NCBI GenBank assembly: GCA_963730935.1
Contig: CAVSTP010000003.1
Coordinates: 192,001 to 256,000, forward strand
Length of the DNA: 64,000 bases
Source: an uncultured Nitrospiraceae bacterium
GTDB lineage: Bacteria; Nitrospirota; Nitrospiria; Nitrospirales; Nitrospiraceae
Direction of reading: 5' to 3'
Position numbers and translations under genes: made by a program. The notes below the pieces were generated by a model. The model searched no databases. It was not told the DNA's origin and worked only from the letters and a program-made list of their open reading frames with translations. Numbering within the stretch: the stretch's first letter is position 1; the number at the start of each line of letters is the position of its first letter. Shown piece after piece: positions 11,987 through 24,439 of the stretch.

Positions 11987-12769
11987 ATGTTGACCAAACG
12001 CATCATTCCCTGTCTTGATGTCAAAGACGGCCGGGTGGTCAAGGGCGTCAGCTTCGTCAATCTTCGGGATGCGGGGGATCCTGTCGAAGTGGCGATGGTC
12101 TATGATCGTGAAGGCGCGGATGAGCTCTGTTTTCTCGACATTACGGCCTCGCACGAAAACCGGAAGACGATCATCGACGTGGTGGAACGCACTGCTGCGA
12201 GTGTCTTCATGCCGATGACCGTGGGCGGGGGCGTCCGCACGCTCGACGATATCCGCAACCTGCTCAATGCCGGGGCAGACAAGGTGAGCATCAACACGGC
12301 TGCCGTCGAGCGGCCGCAGTTTGTGAAGGAAGCTGCTGAGCGGTTTGGGACGCAGTGCATCGTCGTGGCCATCGACGCCAAGCGGGCAGCAGTACACCAC
12401 GAGTGGGAAGTCTTTACGCACGGCGGACGGAAACCGACCGGCATCAATGCGGTGGAATGGGCTCATCAGATGGAGAAGTATGGCGCGGGGGAGATTCTCT
12501 TGACGAGTATGGACGAAGATGGCCAACAGCGGGGGTATGACCTCGATCTGACAGCGGCAGTGGCGGAGCGTGTGTCCATTCCGGTGATTGCCTCAGGCGG
12601 TGTGGGAACGTTGGAACATCTTTACCACGGCTTGGTCACCGGAAAGGCGGATGCCGTACTGGCCGCCTCGATTTTTCATTTTCGACGCTATACGATTCCT
12701 CAGGCGAAGGCCTATCTTCGGGATCGAGGAGTGCCGATTCGGCATGAGCCGACTGGACAGGTAGCGTAA
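11987..12769 (+). CDS. hisF: Imidazole glycerol phosphate synthase subunit HisF
   Basis: [35 protein letters not shown]. Confidence 0.97.
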   Translation: MLTKRIIPCLDVKDGRVVKGVSFVNLRDAGDPVEVAMVYDREGADELCFLDITASHENRKTIIDVVERTAASVFMPMTVGGGVRTLDDIRNLLNAGADKVSINTAAVERPQFVKEAAERFGTQCIVVAIDAKRAAVHHEWEVFTHGGRKPTGINAVEWAHQMEKYGAGEILLTSMDEDGQQRGYDLDLTAAVAERVSIPVIASGGVGTLEHLYHGLVTGKADAVLAASIFHFRRYTIPQAKAYLRDRGVPIRHEPTGQVA

Positions 12770-13428
12770 TGGCCAATCGTGAGCTAAAGTTCAACGAGCA
12801 GGGACTGCTTCCCGCCGTCATCCAGGACTGGCTGGACGGGACCGTCCTCATGCTCGGGTATATGAACCAAGAGGCACTGGCCCGAACCCTGGCGACCAAG
12901 TCAGTGCATTTCTGGAGCCGATCGAGACAGAAACTCTGGGAGAAAGGCGAAACGTCAGGTCACAAACTCCTGGTGAAGGACCTCTTCATCGACTGTGATT
13001 GCGATACGATTCTCGTGAAGGCGCAGCCTACCGGGCCTATCTGCCACACTGGCGAACGCGCATGCTTTTTCTCCAAGTTGAACGAGGCCGGTCACGAACC
13101 CATCGAGAAATCTCAGGAGGCACAGGGCGGAATCCTCGACAGTGTGCTGCGGGTTATCGCTGCCCGCAAGGCGGCTCCGCAGCCTGGCTCCTACACGACC
13201 AAGCTCTTCGAAGGCGGTCATGACAAGATTTTGAAAAAGGTTGCGGAAGAGGCCGGCGAAGTCCTGATTGCGGCGAAGGGAGGCAAGAGAGCAGAGATTG
13301 TCTATGAGGTGGCGGACCTTCTGTTTCACACCTTGATGGTCTTGGGATATCACGACGTCTCTCTCCATGAGGTCTATCAGGAGCTGGGGACACGATACGG
13401 TAAATCGGGTTTGCGAAAGTCCACCTGA
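12769..13428 (+). CDS. hisIE: Bifunctional phosphoribosyl-AMP cyclohydrolase / phosphoribosyl-ATP pyrophosphatase
   Basis: WSRSR..LWEKGETSG, DCDCD, CHTG..ACF, then KKVAEEAGEV...EVADLLFH. Confidence 0.95.
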   Translation: MANRELKFNEQGLLPAVIQDWLDGTVLMLGYMNQEALARTLATKSVHFWSRSRQKLWEKGETSGHKLLVKDLFIDCDCDTILVKAQPTGPICHTGERACFFSKLNEAGHEPIEKSQEAQGGILDSVLRVIAARKAAPQPGSYTTKLFEGGHDKILKKVAEEAGEVLIAAKGGKRAEIVYEVADLLFHTLMVLGYHDVSLHEVYQELGTRYGKSGLRKST

Positions 13429-13437
13429 GGACAAGCC

Positions 13438-13782
13438 ATGACCGATTGTTTATTTTGTAAAATTGTTCAGAAGGTGATTCCGGCCAAGATCGTGCACGAG
13501 GACGATCGCACGTTGGCCTTCGACGATATCAACCCGCAGGCGCCGGTCCATACGCTCATCATTCCCAAAAAGCATGTAGCAGCGGTGCAGGACTGCCGCG
13601 ATCAGGACTCCGACCTCCTGGCTCTGCTCTTGATGACCTGTACCAACGTGGCGAAACAAAAGGGGTTGGCAGAATCCGGCTATCGAATCGTCACGAACAC
13701 CGGCCGCGATGCCGGCCAAACGGTATTCCATCTCCATCTCCACGTCTTGGGCGGTCGGCACATGCGCTGGCCGCCCGGGTAA
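13438..13782 (+). CDS. Histidine triad (HIT) nucleotide-binding protein
   Basis: DCLFCKI, DINPQAPVH, QTVFHLHLHVLGGR. Confidence 0.95.
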   Translation: MTDCLFCKIVQKVIPAKIVHEDDRTLAFDDINPQAPVHTLIIPKKHVAAVQDCRDQDSDLLALLLMTCTNVAKQKGLAESGYRIVTNTGRDAGQTVFHLHLHVLGGRHMRWPPG

Positions 13783-13819
13783 TAGGACATTGCATCTCCC
13801 TGTGCTCGCACGCCTTGCA

Positions 13820-13849
13820 TTGACAGATTTCCTTTGTGTCTGTTAATCT
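13820..13849 (+). promoter_or_regulatory. Putative sigma70 promoter of dnaG-rpoD
   Basis: TTGACA (13820-13825), 18 nt spacer ending in TGn, TAATCT (13844-13849). Confidence 0.45.
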
Positions 13850-13923
13850 GACCGGTCAATTTTATCGATCACTTACGAATACCGATCCACCGGTTTCGGT
13901 GGGGATGAGGAGCTGCGTCTCCC

Positions 13924-15735
13924 ATGGGCCGAGGCCTGATTTCCGAAGATGTTATCAATCAGATCAGAGACCGGATCGATATCGTAGACCTCGTTGGGCA
14001 GCATGTCAGTTTGACCCGCGCCGGACAGAATCTGAAGGGGCTGTGCCCCTTTCACCAGGAAAAGAGTCCGTCGTTCACGGTGAGCCCGAGCCGGCAGATC
14101 TTCCATTGTTTCGGCTGCGGTGCCGGAGGGAATGTGTTCACGTTTCTCACTCGGATCACCGGAGCAAGCTTCCCTGAAACGGTCCGCGATCTCGGCCGGA
14201 AGGTAGGGATCGAAGTGCAGGAGCCGACAGCCGAATCCGGGTCTCAGGCCCAACAAGCCAATCGGGCCGAGCACGTGAATCAGACGGCGGCGCGATGGTT
14301 TCACGAGAATCTTCGCGACGATCGGGTGGGCGCGGAGGCGCGCACCTATCTGGCCGGACGTGGAATCCAGCAAGTCACGATCGACCGGTTTGGTATCGGG
14401 ACTGCACCGGTGGAATGGGACGCCTTGCTCAAGGCCCTGGCGAAGCAGGGCCTCACGTCTCAGGACCTGGCTTCGGCCGGGCTGGTCATCGCACGCGACA
14501 GCGGTACAGGATATTACGATCGTTTTCGCAGCAGGGTCATGTTTACGATCACCGACCTGCGCAAGCGCGTGGTCGGCTTCGGCGGTCGCGTGCTGGGAGA
14601 TGGGACACCAAAGTACTTGAACTCTCCCGATACGCCGTTATTTAAAAAGGGACAGACGCTTTTTGCCCTGGATGTAGCCCGGGAGGCCATTGCCCGTACG
14701 AAGACGGTCATCGTCGTGGAAGGCTATTTCGATGCGATCGCGTTGCATCAGGCCGGCCTCACCCATACGGTAGCGACGCTCGGTACCGCCCTCACGCCTG
14801 AGCACGTGCAGGTGTTGCGGCGCTTCGCTTCAAAGGTGGTGCTGCTGTTCGACCCGGACGCTGCAGGCGTCAGGGCTGCGCTCCGTGGGTTGGATCTGTT
14901 CGTGAACAGCGGACTCGGGGTCAAGGTCGTAACATTGCCTGCAGGAGACGATCCTGACACCTACGTGCGCAAGGAGGGGCCTGAAGCGTTTGTCCGCCTC
15001 GAGCAACAGGCGCCCAGCTTGTTGGATTTCGCGCTTGAGCATAGTTTGAAAACCGCTGAAGGCAGCACGATCGAGGGACGAATCCGCAGCGTCGACGAAA
15101 TCCTGAAAATCCTGCAGAAGAGCGAACACCCCATCGAGCGGGAAGAGCGGATCCGTCTCGTTGCCGAACGCTTCGGCATCAATCAGCAGCGGCTCATCGA
15201 TCGGTATCCGGCGTTGAAGGACAAATCCCGACCCGCTTCCGGGGCACTGAGAGCTGTCCCACCGCCGGTGCCGCCCTCGAAAGGTGCCCCGGAAGAGCGT
15301 GATCTGGTTTATCTCCTGCTGCACGGACAGTTGTCTCCTTCGGAGGTGCGGAGGCTGCGCCCAGATGCCTTCTCGGTTCCGGCCTGCCGGAGGATCGTCG
15401 AACGGGCACTGGCCAATCTCGAACAGGACGGACGAGTGGGGCTTCGCAGAGTGCTCGATAGCGTCGTCGACGATCCGGAGTGCGGCTCGCTGGCGACGGA
15501 GTTGTCCATGCGGGAAGAGCATTTTGACGATCCTCGCGCACACATTCTGGGGTGTCTCAGTACAATCGATCGCAAGCGCGCGGAAGCCGTCTTGCGCGAC
15601 CTCATCGGTCAACTCAAGGCGGCCGAGCGGGAAGGACGGGTCGAAGACGCCCGGGCCTTGAATGAGCAGGTCAACGAATTGCGGTCGCAGAAGGCCGGAC
15701 GGCCGGCAGGAACGCTTTCTTTGGTGAAGGAGTAG
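13924..15735 (+). CDS. dnaG: DNA primase
   Basis: CHC2 zinc finger CPFH...CFGC, KYLNSP, TOPRIM VVEGYFD, FDPDAAG. Confidence 0.97.
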   Translation: MGRGLISEDVINQIRDRIDIVDLVGQHVSLTRAGQNLKGLCPFHQEKSPSFTVSPSRQIFHCFGCGAGGNVFTFLTRITGASFPETVRDLGRKVGIEVQEPTAESGSQAQQANRAEHVNQTAARWFHENLRDDRVGAEARTYLAGRGIQQVTIDRFGIGTAPVEWDALLKALAKQGLTSQDLASAGLVIARDSGTGYYDRFRSRVMFTITDLRKRVVGFGGRVLGDGTPKYLNSPDTPLFKKGQTLFALDVAREAIARTKTVIVVEGYFDAIALHQAGLTHTVATLGTALTPEHVQVLRRFASKVVLLFDPDAAGVRAALRGLDLFVNSGLGVKVVTLPAGDDPDTYVRKEGPEAFVRLEQQAPSLLDFALEHSLKTAEGSTIEGRIRSVDEILKILQKSEHPIEREERIRLVAERFGINQQRLIDRYPALKDKSRPASGALRAVPPPVPPSKGAPEERDLVYLLLHGQLSPSEVRRLRPDAFSVPACRRIVERALANLEQDGRVGLRRVLDSVVDDPECGSLATELSMREEHFDDPRAHILGCLSTIDRKRAEAVLRDLIGQLKAAEREGRVEDARALNEQVNELRSQKAGRPAGTLSLVKE

Positions 15736-15737
15736 GT

Positions 15738-17552
15738 ATGGCGAAACAAGAATTGCTCGTGGAAGTGAAGAAACTCATCTCGATCGGTAAAGAGAAGGGT
15801 TTTCTCACCTACGACGAGCTGAACAGCACGTTGCCGGCGGAGGTGGTCTCGTCAGAGCAATTCGGCAGCATCATGACGATGTTCGGTGAAATGGATATTG
15901 AGATCGTCGATGCGCCTGAGGGCGGACGTCAGCAGAAAAGCCGCAGCGCTGCCGAGCCGGAGGAGGCCAGCGAGGATTCAGACGAGGGCGATGCAGGAGA
16001 GGACAGTGAAAAGGAGATCGACCTGACGCCTGGGGCCTTGAGCCGGACCGATGATCCGGTGAGGCTCTATCTGAAGGAAATGGGCAGCGTCGCGCTGCTG
16101 AGCCGGGAAGGCGAGATCGAAATCGCCAAGCGAATCGAAGAAGGAAAGCGGGACATTGCGTTCGTCATTTACGGCATGCCAATGACGATTGAATTCATCC
16201 TCTCGCTGCGTGATCAACTCAAGAACGGCAAGATCGACGTCCGTGAAATTGTGCCGATTCAGGAAACGGAAGAGGACTTTGAGGAAGAGGAAGTCGAGCG
16301 CGATTATGAGGAGTTGCGGCTCAAAACCCTGGAAGGCCTGAACACCGTCCGCAAGGTGTCGACGTCGCTCAAGGGCCTCTATGACAAAGCGCGCCAGGCC
16401 ACCAAGGATCCCGCCAAGCTGAAAAAGGTCAAGAAGCAGATCGATGCGATCCGAGAGCAGGTCGTGGACAAGATGGAAGCCGTCAACCTGCATGGCGTGC
16501 TCAAGGACCGGATGGTCCAGCGCGTCAGGGAGATGGCGATTCAGATCCGCACCGCCGAGCGAGAGATCGTCAGCTGTCAGCGGCGTCTCGGGATCGGCGG
16601 AGAAGCGGGCGCCGAATTGCTGCGGAAGCTCTGTCGCGAGCGAAAGGATTTCCAGGCGGTCAAGCGGAAGACGGGCGTATCCGAAGACACGCTGCTGGAC
16701 GTCAAGAAACTATATCAGGCCGCGAAGAGCCGCATCCGTCAATTGGAGACTGAAGAGGCACTCGTCCCAGGGGAAGAAATCAAGGATGCGGTCAAACACC
16801 TGGATGTGGCCGAAGAAAAGGTCAAGCGCGGGAAGGCCGAGCTCGTGGAGGCCAATCTCCGGCTCGTCGTGAGCATCGCCAAAAAGTATACGAACCGCGG
16901 CCTGCAGTTCCTGGACCTGATCCAGGAAGGCAATATCGGATTGATGAAGGCGGTCGACAAGTTTGAATACAAGCGCGGGTACAAGTTCAGCACGTATGCC
17001 ACGTGGTGGATCCGTCAAGCCATCACACGCGCCATCGCAGACCAGGCCAGAACCATCCGCATTCCCGTGCACATGATCGAGACAATCAACAAGTTGATCA
17101 GGACGTCCCGCCACTTGGTGCAGAAGCTCGGTCGCGAACCGACTCCAGAGGAGATCGCGGAGCGTATGGATTTGCCGCTGGACAAAGTGCGCAAGATTCT
17201 GAAAATCGCTCGGGAGCCGATCTCATTGGAAACGCCGATTGGTGAAGAGGAAGACAGCCACCTGGGAGACTTCATTGAAGACAAGAAAGCCATTTCTCCC
17301 TTGGAAGCGGCGATCCGGTACGATTTGCAGCGGCAAATTAACAGCGCCCTCGAGACGCTGACGCCAAGAGAAGAAAAGGTGCTGCGCAAACGATTCGGCA
17401 TCGGTGAAGCGACCGACCATACGCTGGAAGAGGTCGGCCAGGACTTCGAGGTCACCCGCGAACGCATCCGGCAGATCGAAGCCAAGGCTCTCCGGAAGCT
17501 GCGCCATCCGAGCCGGAGCAAAAAGCTCCGCAGTTTTGTCGAGAGCTTGTAA
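15738..17552 (+). CDS. rpoD: RNA polymerase primary sigma factor
   Basis: Region 1.1, [38 protein letters not shown]. Confidence 0.98.
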   Translation: MAKQELLVEVKKLISIGKEKGFLTYDELNSTLPAEVVSSEQFGSIMTMFGEMDIEIVDAPEGGRQQKSRSAAEPEEASEDSDEGDAGEDSEKEIDLTPGALSRTDDPVRLYLKEMGSVALLSREGEIEIAKRIEEGKRDIAFVIYGMPMTIEFILSLRDQLKNGKIDVREIVPIQETEEDFEEEEVERDYEELRLKTLEGLNTVRKVSTSLKGLYDKARQATKDPAKLKKVKKQIDAIREQVVDKMEAVNLHGVLKDRMVQRVREMAIQIRTAEREIVSCQRRLGIGGEAGAELLRKLCRERKDFQAVKRKTGVSEDTLLDVKKLYQAAKSRIRQLETEEALVPGEEIKDAVKHLDVAEEKVKRGKAELVEANLRLVVSIAKKYTNRGLQFLDLIQEGNIGLMKAVDKFEYKRGYKFSTYATWWIRQAITRAIADQARTIRIPVHMIETINKLIRTSRHLVQKLGREPTPEEIAERMDLPLDKVRKILKIAREPISLETPIGEEEDSHLGDFIEDKKAISPLEAAIRYDLQRQINSALETLTPREEKVLRKRFGIGEATDHTLEEVGQDFEVTRERIRQIEAKALRKLRHPSRSKKLRSFVESL

Positions 17553-17652
17553 GAGTGAGTCGGATGATTTGACTCTGTCTCGCGCTCAGGCCTAGAATCG
17601 GATTCATCGAGGTCGATCGTAATCTGACCGGCGGCTGAGCGGTTCCGTTCGG

Positions 17653-17729
17653 GGGCCCATAGCTCAGGTGGTTAGAGCGGCTGACTCATAATCAGCTGGT
17701 CCTAGGTTCGAGTCCTAGTGGGCCCACCA
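17653..17729 (+). tRNA. tRNA with CAT anticodon, most likely tRNA-Ile2 (lysidine-modified)
   Basis: GGGCCCA acceptor stem pairs with TGGGCCC-A-CCA; anticodon arm GCTGA-CTCATAA-TCAGC; T loop GTTCGAG; fully paired G1-C72 (not initiator); ileX-like sequence and position after rpoD; upstream TTGACT-18-TAGAAT promoter. Confidence 0.9.
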
Positions 17730-17784
17730 TGGACCGGCAATAAGCAGGCGAGACCTTCCGCGTGATTTCGGGTATGGGAGTGCA

Positions 17785-18558
17785 TTGAACCAGAACCTGT
17801 CTCCGCTCATCGAACTGCAGAAACTGGATCTCCGTATTATGGAGATCACCGACCAGCGCCGCAAGATCCCCGAACGTCTTCATGCCGTCGAAGCGCCACT
17901 CCGTGAGGCGAAACACTCATTACACGAGATGAGCGCTGCGGTTGAAGCCTCTGTGAAGGAGCGCCGGGCTCATGAGAGGGATGTCGAGGCGCAAGACGCT
18001 CACACCGATAAAATGCGCGCCAGGTTGTCTGAGCTCAAGACCAACAAGGAGTATCAGGCCCATCTCTTCGAATTGCAGATGGCCAACAAAAAGAAGTCTG
18101 AAATCGAAGACAAGGTGTTGGCGTGCATGGAGAAAATCGAACAGCTGCAGCAGACGGCCAAAGAGGCTCAGGACAAGGTGCGAGCCGCCGAGCAGGTCTA
18201 TACCAATGAAAAACAGGTGCTCGATGAACTCGACAGCCGATTGTCCGTGGAACTGGCTGAACTGGAATCGCAGCAGCGGGATCGTTCAGGCAAGGTTGAG
18301 CCGGGACTGTTGGCCCGCTATACCAAACTGAAGGCCGCCAGAAAAGACCAGCCGCTTGCGGCGATTAAGGGGGGCATGTGTGCAGGGTGTCGCCTGCAGA
18401 TTCCTCCGCAACTGGTCGCCGAGGTCAAACGGTCGCAGGATCTCCACACCTGTCCCTACTGTCACCGCATGCTGTACTGGGACGGCGACGTGCAGGCGGA
18501 CCAGCGACCGCACGATCAATCCAAGCCGTCCGATCTCGAAGTGGGTGAATCGGTTTAA
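17785..18558 (+). CDS. Coiled-coil C4-type zinc ribbon protein (DUF164-like)
   Basis: LIELQKLD start, long coiled coil, CAGCRLQIPPQ...CPYCHRMLY. Confidence 0.88.
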   Translation: MNQNLSPLIELQKLDLRIMEITDQRRKIPERLHAVEAPLREAKHSLHEMSAAVEASVKERRAHERDVEAQDAHTDKMRARLSELKTNKEYQAHLFELQMANKKKSEIEDKVLACMEKIEQLQQTAKEAQDKVRAAEQVYTNEKQVLDELDSRLSVELAELESQQRDRSGKVEPGLLARYTKLKAARKDQPLAAIKGGMCAGCRLQIPPQLVAEVKRSQDLHTCPYCHRMLYWDGDVQADQRPHDQSKPSDLEVGESV

Positions 18559-18599
18559 CCCTCCCCCTTCTTCCCGGCTCTTCAACACTCTCCAAAGCT

Positions 18600-19253
18600 C
18601 TAGTCAGCTGAAGTCCCGAGGACGGCTTTCGTCGTTTTGAAATGAAGCTTCGCCACCGTGGCCAAGCATGGCTCACCGTGCTTTTTCACAACCATCCTGC
18701 CTGCCAGCTCCACGGCAGGCGAGGCTCCTTTCGGAAGGGTGGTGCCCACATCCTCTGAGAGGCGTTTCAGCCGCAGGAGAAATTCGGCCCGGGCAAGGAT
18801 GGATGCGGCGGCGACGGCGAGGTCGGATTCCGCTTTGGTGCGCTGCTCGAGCACGATTCTCCGTCCTTTTTCCTGAAGGGCATTGAGGATCAGTCGTTCA
18901 TCCCCAAACTGATCGGAGATGGCACGTTCACACGATACGCGCTCAAGCAGGGTTTCAAGTGCCTTGGCGTGCCCCCAGGCGAGCAGCCGGTTCAAGTTTT
19001 TGATCTTCGCATAGAGCTCGTTGTATTTCTGGGGCCCGATGACGATCACGCTGTGCGGACAGATCGTCTTGATATCTGGGGCAAGTTCGAGGATACGGCC
19101 GTCTGAAATTTTCTTGCTGTCCCTGACCGCCATGAGCGCCAGCTCGTCTTGTGTCGTTGCGTCCACGAACACGGCGGCCACGACGAGCGGACCAAAGTAA
19201 TCGCCCTTGCCCGACTCGTCGATTCCGATGCGTTCAATGGAGTCTGGAGGCAT
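18600..19253 (-). CDS. rnhC: Ribonuclease HIII (catalytic domain only)
   Basis: IGIDESGKGDYFGPLVVAA, DSKK, DQF, AVAAASILAR, LPKGA, KLHFKT; ATG at 19253. Confidence 0.85.
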   Translation of the reverse strand: MPPDSIERIGIDESGKGDYFGPLVVAAVFVDATTQDELALMAVRDSKKISDGRILELAPDIKTICPHSVIVIGPQKYNELYAKIKNLNRLLAWGHAKALETLLERVSCERAISDQFGDERLILNALQEKGRRIVLEQRTKAESDLAVAAASILARAEFLLRLKRLSEDVGTTLPKGASPAVELAGRMVVKKHGEPCLATVAKLHFKTTKAVLGTSAD

Positions 19254-19391
19254 CCCGTGACTGACGTGTAAGCGGTATTGAGAGCCGGGCTGTCGTCCTG
19301 GCCAGTAGAATCTGTCGTTGAGGGGCGGTAATGTACCAGAGCAGTTGAGGTGGGTCAAACAAGGTCCACACAAACGAGGTGCTGGAGGAAC

Positions 19392-20261
19392 ATGATACGT
19401 GCATTCCAAGCGAGGGTCCGCGCGGTGACGCTCTTAAGTCTTCTTCTGCCACTCGGCTTGCTTAGCGGATGCGAGACAAATCCTTACACCGGGCGATCAC
19501 AGTTCCTCATGACGTCGGTGTCGGATGAGATGCAAATGGGAGCACAGGCGTACGATCAGGTGAAAACCGACCCCAAGATGAAGCAGTCGCAAGACCCACG
19601 CGAGATCGAACCGGTCAAACGGGTGGCCGCACGCATCATCGAAGCGGCAAAACGGTCGAAGTACGCCGAGATGGCGCAGCAGTTTCAATGGGAAGTGACA
19701 GTGTTCAAGGACGATAAGACTGCCAACGCGTTTGCGCTACCAGGAGGAAAAATGGCCGTGTACACGGGCATTTTCCCAATGGCGAAGACGGAATCGGGGT
19801 TGGCGGCAGTGATGGGGCATGAAGTCGTCCATGCGTTGGCGCGCCACGGAGCCGAGCGGATGAGTCAGGGACAGGCGACGAGCATCGGCATCCAAGTGCT
19901 GGGTACAGCGGCCGGCGTCGGGACGGGCAACGCCGCGCTGGGACAGGCGACCATGGCGGCGTTGGGAGTGGGCGCTCAAGTCGGGATGTTGCTTCCCTTC
20001 AGCCGAAAACATGAATCGGAAGCGGATTACATCGGCATTCTGCTTGCCGCCGATGCCGGGTATGACCCGAGAGAATCGGTGGCTTTGTGGGAGCGAATGG
20101 CGCGCATGTCCGGAGGAGGTGCACCTGCAGAATTCATGTCGACCCATCCGAGTAACGAAACACGCATCGATCAACTGAAGAAATGGATGCCTGAGGCGAT
20201 GGCGATCTATCAATCAAAGCAATCCGCTCCGGCCGCTGAATTGCCTCCGATCGGCCGCTAG
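19392..20261 (-). other. Reference only: no supported antisense feature opposite the M48 peptidase (see + strand entry)
   Basis: Minus-strand ORFs here (19497-19688, 19737-20213) are shadows. Confidence 0.05.
19392..20261 (+). CDS. M48 family metallopeptidase lipoprotein
   Basis: Lipobox LSGC-ETNPYTGRSQ, NAFALPGG, HEVVH (HExxH), SRKHESEAD, FMSTHP. Confidence 0.92.
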   Translation: MIRAFQARVRAVTLLSLLLPLGLLSGCETNPYTGRSQFLMTSVSDEMQMGAQAYDQVKTDPKMKQSQDPREIEPVKRVAARIIEAAKRSKYAEMAQQFQWEVTVFKDDKTANAFALPGGKMAVYTGIFPMAKTESGLAAVMGHEVVHALARHGAERMSQGQATSIGIQVLGTAAGVGTGNAALGQATMAALGVGAQVGMLLPFSRKHESEADYIGILLAADAGYDPRESVALWERMARMSGGGAPAEFMSTHPSNETRIDQLKKWMPEAMAIYQSKQSAPAAELPPIGR

Positions 20262-20287
20262 TCCTTCGCTAGCATTCCTTCGGCTTC

Positions 20288-20316
20288 TTGCATCCGGCGC
20301 GTTCGTTTTCTATACT
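20288..20316 (+). promoter_or_regulatory. Sigma70 promoter of rnpB
   Basis: TTGCAT, 17 nt spacer, TATACT, about 14 nt upstream of P1. Confidence 0.7.
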
Positions 20317-20330
20317 GAGCTTCGCGTGAG

Positions 20331-20750
20331 GGAGAGGACCGGGTGATCGCTCGTCATGCGACGAGAGGAAAGTCCGGACTTCAGGGGCAGAGCGCTGGGT
20401 AACACCCAGGCGGAGCGATCCGACACCCGCACCACAGAGAACAGACCGCCGATGGCCAAAGCGACGGGATCCCAATCGAGTCGCAACGGATCAGGCAAGG
20501 GTGAAACGGTGGGGTAAGAGCCCACCGCGGGGATGGCGACATCACCGGCACGGTAAGCGTCGCTCGATGCAAGACCAAATAGGAAGACAACTGCCGCATT
20601 CCCTTCGGAGTGCGGCGACCGGCTGGCCCGGCCGAGGTCTTCGGGTAGGTCGCTTGAGGTTCGAGGCAACTCGGATCCCAGAGAAATGATCACCGCCGTC
20701 AAGGAGCATATCCTTGACGGGACAGAATCCGGCTTATAAGTCCTCTCCAC
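20331..20750 (+). ncRNA. rnpB: RNase P RNA, type A
   Basis: GAGGAAAGTCCGG, AAGGGTGAAACGGTGGGGTAAGAGCCCACCG, CAAGACCAAATAGG, ACAGAATCCGGCTTATA; P1 GGAGAGGAC/GTCCTCTCC. Confidence 0.97.
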
Positions 20751-20823
20751 CGCGCCCTTTCTGCATCGATCGCCTGCTCATGATCCAGAAGGGGATCTCG
20801 CTCAGCAGTGCGGAGATCTCCTA

Positions 20824-20852
20824 TTGACCCGGCAGGACCGTGGTGCTAGGAT
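20824..20852 (+). promoter_or_regulatory. Sigma70 promoter of the ilv operon
   Basis: TTGACC, 17 nt spacer ending TGC, TAGGAT (extended -10). Confidence 0.6.
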
Positions 20853-20981
20853 CTTTGATCTTTCTCATTGATTTTTAAGATGTTTCTGAATAATCAGTGG
20901 GAATGGTGTAGGTACGGATAGCCGCAAAGGGATGGGTGTCTCCATCCGTGTACCGTCACGGAGCAGGAGAGGAGGCTCAGT

Positions 20982-22757
20982 ATGAAAATGACAGGCGCCG
21001 AAATCTTTATCGAATGCCTCAAACGTGAAGGCGTGAAGACGCTCTTCGCGCTGCCTGGGGGCGTTGTGCTTAAGATTTTCGACATGCTTTATCAGCAAAA
21101 GGACATCGAGGTGGTCTTGACCCGCCATGAGCAAGGCGCCGGTCACATGGCAGAGGGGTATGCAAAGGCGACAGGGAAAGCGGGTGTCTGCTTAGTGACA
21201 TCAGGACCTGGGATGACGAACGTCATCACCGCCCTGGCGGATGCCTATATGGACTCCGTCCCACTGGTCTGCTTCAGCGGTCAGGTCCCGACGAGCCTCA
21301 TCGGCAACGATGCGTTCCAGGAGGCGGACAACGTCGGTCTGAGTCGTCCGTGTACGAAGTACAATTTCCTCGTCAAAGACGTGAACGAGCTGGCCTCCAC
21401 GATCAAAGAGGCGTTCTATATTGCCACCACCGGCCGTCCGGGGCCGGTGTTGGTGGATATTCCCAAAGATGTCTCAATGGACAAGGCGGAATTCAATTAT
21501 CCCAATTCCGTGTCGATCCGGGGCTATAACCCGACGTACGAAGGGAACAAGTGGCAGATCAAACAAGCGGCCGAAGCGATTATGAAGGCCAAAAAGCCGA
21601 TTCTCTACGTCGGCGGCGGCGTCATCTTCTCCGGAGCTTCCAAGGAATTGATCGAGCTGGCGGAACTCACGCAGATTCCCGTGGACATGACGCTTATGGG
21701 ACTGGGCGCGTTCCCTGGGGAGCATCCGTTGTCTCTCGGCATGATGGGTATGCATGGAACCTATCAAGCCAACATGGCGGTCCATTATTCCGACCTCGTC
21801 GTGGCGATCGGCGCACGTTTCGATGACCGGGTGACCGGCAAGGTGTCGGAGTTCTGTCCCTACGCCAAGATCATTCACATTGACATCGATCCGACCTCGA
21901 TCAGAAAGAACATCAACGTCGATATCCCGATTGTCGGCGACTGCAAGGCCGTCCTTCGAGAGTTAAACCAGATTCTCAAGGCGACGGTGAACGGCGAACA
22001 AAAGGAACTCCGCAAGGCCTGGTGGGACCAGATTCGTGAATGGGAGCGGTCCCATCCCCTCGCCTACCAACAGGAAGCCGAAGGACCGATCAAGCCGCAA
22101 CAAGTTATCAAGCGCCTGTATGAATTGACCAAAGATCTGGATCCGATCGTCTCCACGGATGTCGGCCAGCATCAAATGTGGGCTGCGCAATACTTCAAGA
22201 TGGCCAAGCCCAACCGCTGGTTGACCTCCGGCGGCCTGGGCACGATGGGGTTCGGCTTTCCCGCGGCCATGGGTGCACAAGCAGCTTTTCCTGGCCGGCT
22301 CGTGCTCTGCATTGCCGGCGACGGCAGCGTGCAGATGAACATGCAGGAGATGGCTACGGCGGTCGTGCATAAGCTTCCCGTGAAAGTGATTGTCTTGAAC
22401 AACCGGTTCCACGGAATGGTTCGGCAATGGCAGGACCTCTTCTACGAAGGACGCTATGCCTCCAGCTACCTCGATACGACACCGGATTTCGTCAAGCTGG
22501 CTGAGGCGTATGGGGCGGTCGGATTGCGTGCCGGGAAAGTGGGTGACCTTGACGGCGTGCTAAAGGAAGCCATCGCGGCCAAGGGACCGGTAATCGTCGA
22601 CGTGCCGACGCATCCCTTTGAAAACGTCTATCCGATGATTCCCGCCGGCGGCTGCAATCACGAGATGATTCTAGAGGATCCGCCGGAGTTGAAGCAAAAG
22701 CAGAGCGGCGCGGCCAAGACCGCCCCACAGGATAACGACACGATTTTGACGGCCTAG
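20982..22757 (+). CDS. ilvB: Acetolactate synthase large subunit
   Basis: RHEQGAGHMAEGYA, TSGPG, RFDDRVTG, GDGS ThDP motif, GMVRQWQ. Confidence 0.96.
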   Translation: MKMTGAEIFIECLKREGVKTLFALPGGVVLKIFDMLYQQKDIEVVLTRHEQGAGHMAEGYAKATGKAGVCLVTSGPGMTNVITALADAYMDSVPLVCFSGQVPTSLIGNDAFQEADNVGLSRPCTKYNFLVKDVNELASTIKEAFYIATTGRPGPVLVDIPKDVSMDKAEFNYPNSVSIRGYNPTYEGNKWQIKQAAEAIMKAKKPILYVGGGVIFSGASKELIELAELTQIPVDMTLMGLGAFPGEHPLSLGMMGMHGTYQANMAVHYSDLVVAIGARFDDRVTGKVSEFCPYAKIIHIDIDPTSIRKNINVDIPIVGDCKAVLRELNQILKATVNGEQKELRKAWWDQIREWERSHPLAYQQEAEGPIKPQQVIKRLYELTKDLDPIVSTDVGQHQMWAAQYFKMAKPNRWLTSGGLGTMGFGFPAAMGAQAAFPGRLVLCIAGDGSVQMNMQEMATAVVHKLPVKVIVLNNRFHGMVRQWQDLFYEGRYASSYLDTTPDFVKLAEAYGAVGLRAGKVGDLDGVLKEAIAAKGPVIVDVPTHPFENVYPMIPAGGCNHEMILEDPPELKQKQSGAAKTAPQDNDTILTA

Positions 22758-22758
22758 C

Positions 22759-24353
<1,595 letters not shown>

Positions 24354-24439
24354 GGAGCAGCGATCGGCGATCAGCCGTCCGCCGTGGACCGCAAGCGTCT
24401 ACGGAATTCAGCAGATTGCCGGCAGCTGATGGCGGACAA

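Noticed and set aside
17653..17729. tRNA-Met assignment, or tRNA as a prophage/island integration site
   Set aside because: Paired G1-C72 and an ileX-like sequence favour Ile2; no integrase or duplicated 3' end was seen
20310..20750. 146-aa minus-strand ORF
   Set aside because: Antisense to the RNase P RNA, a typical spurious ORF
20880..20921. uORF MFLNNQWEWCRYG as an ilv attenuator peptide
   Set aside because: No run of Ile/Val/Leu codons, no SD, and no terminator U tract downstream
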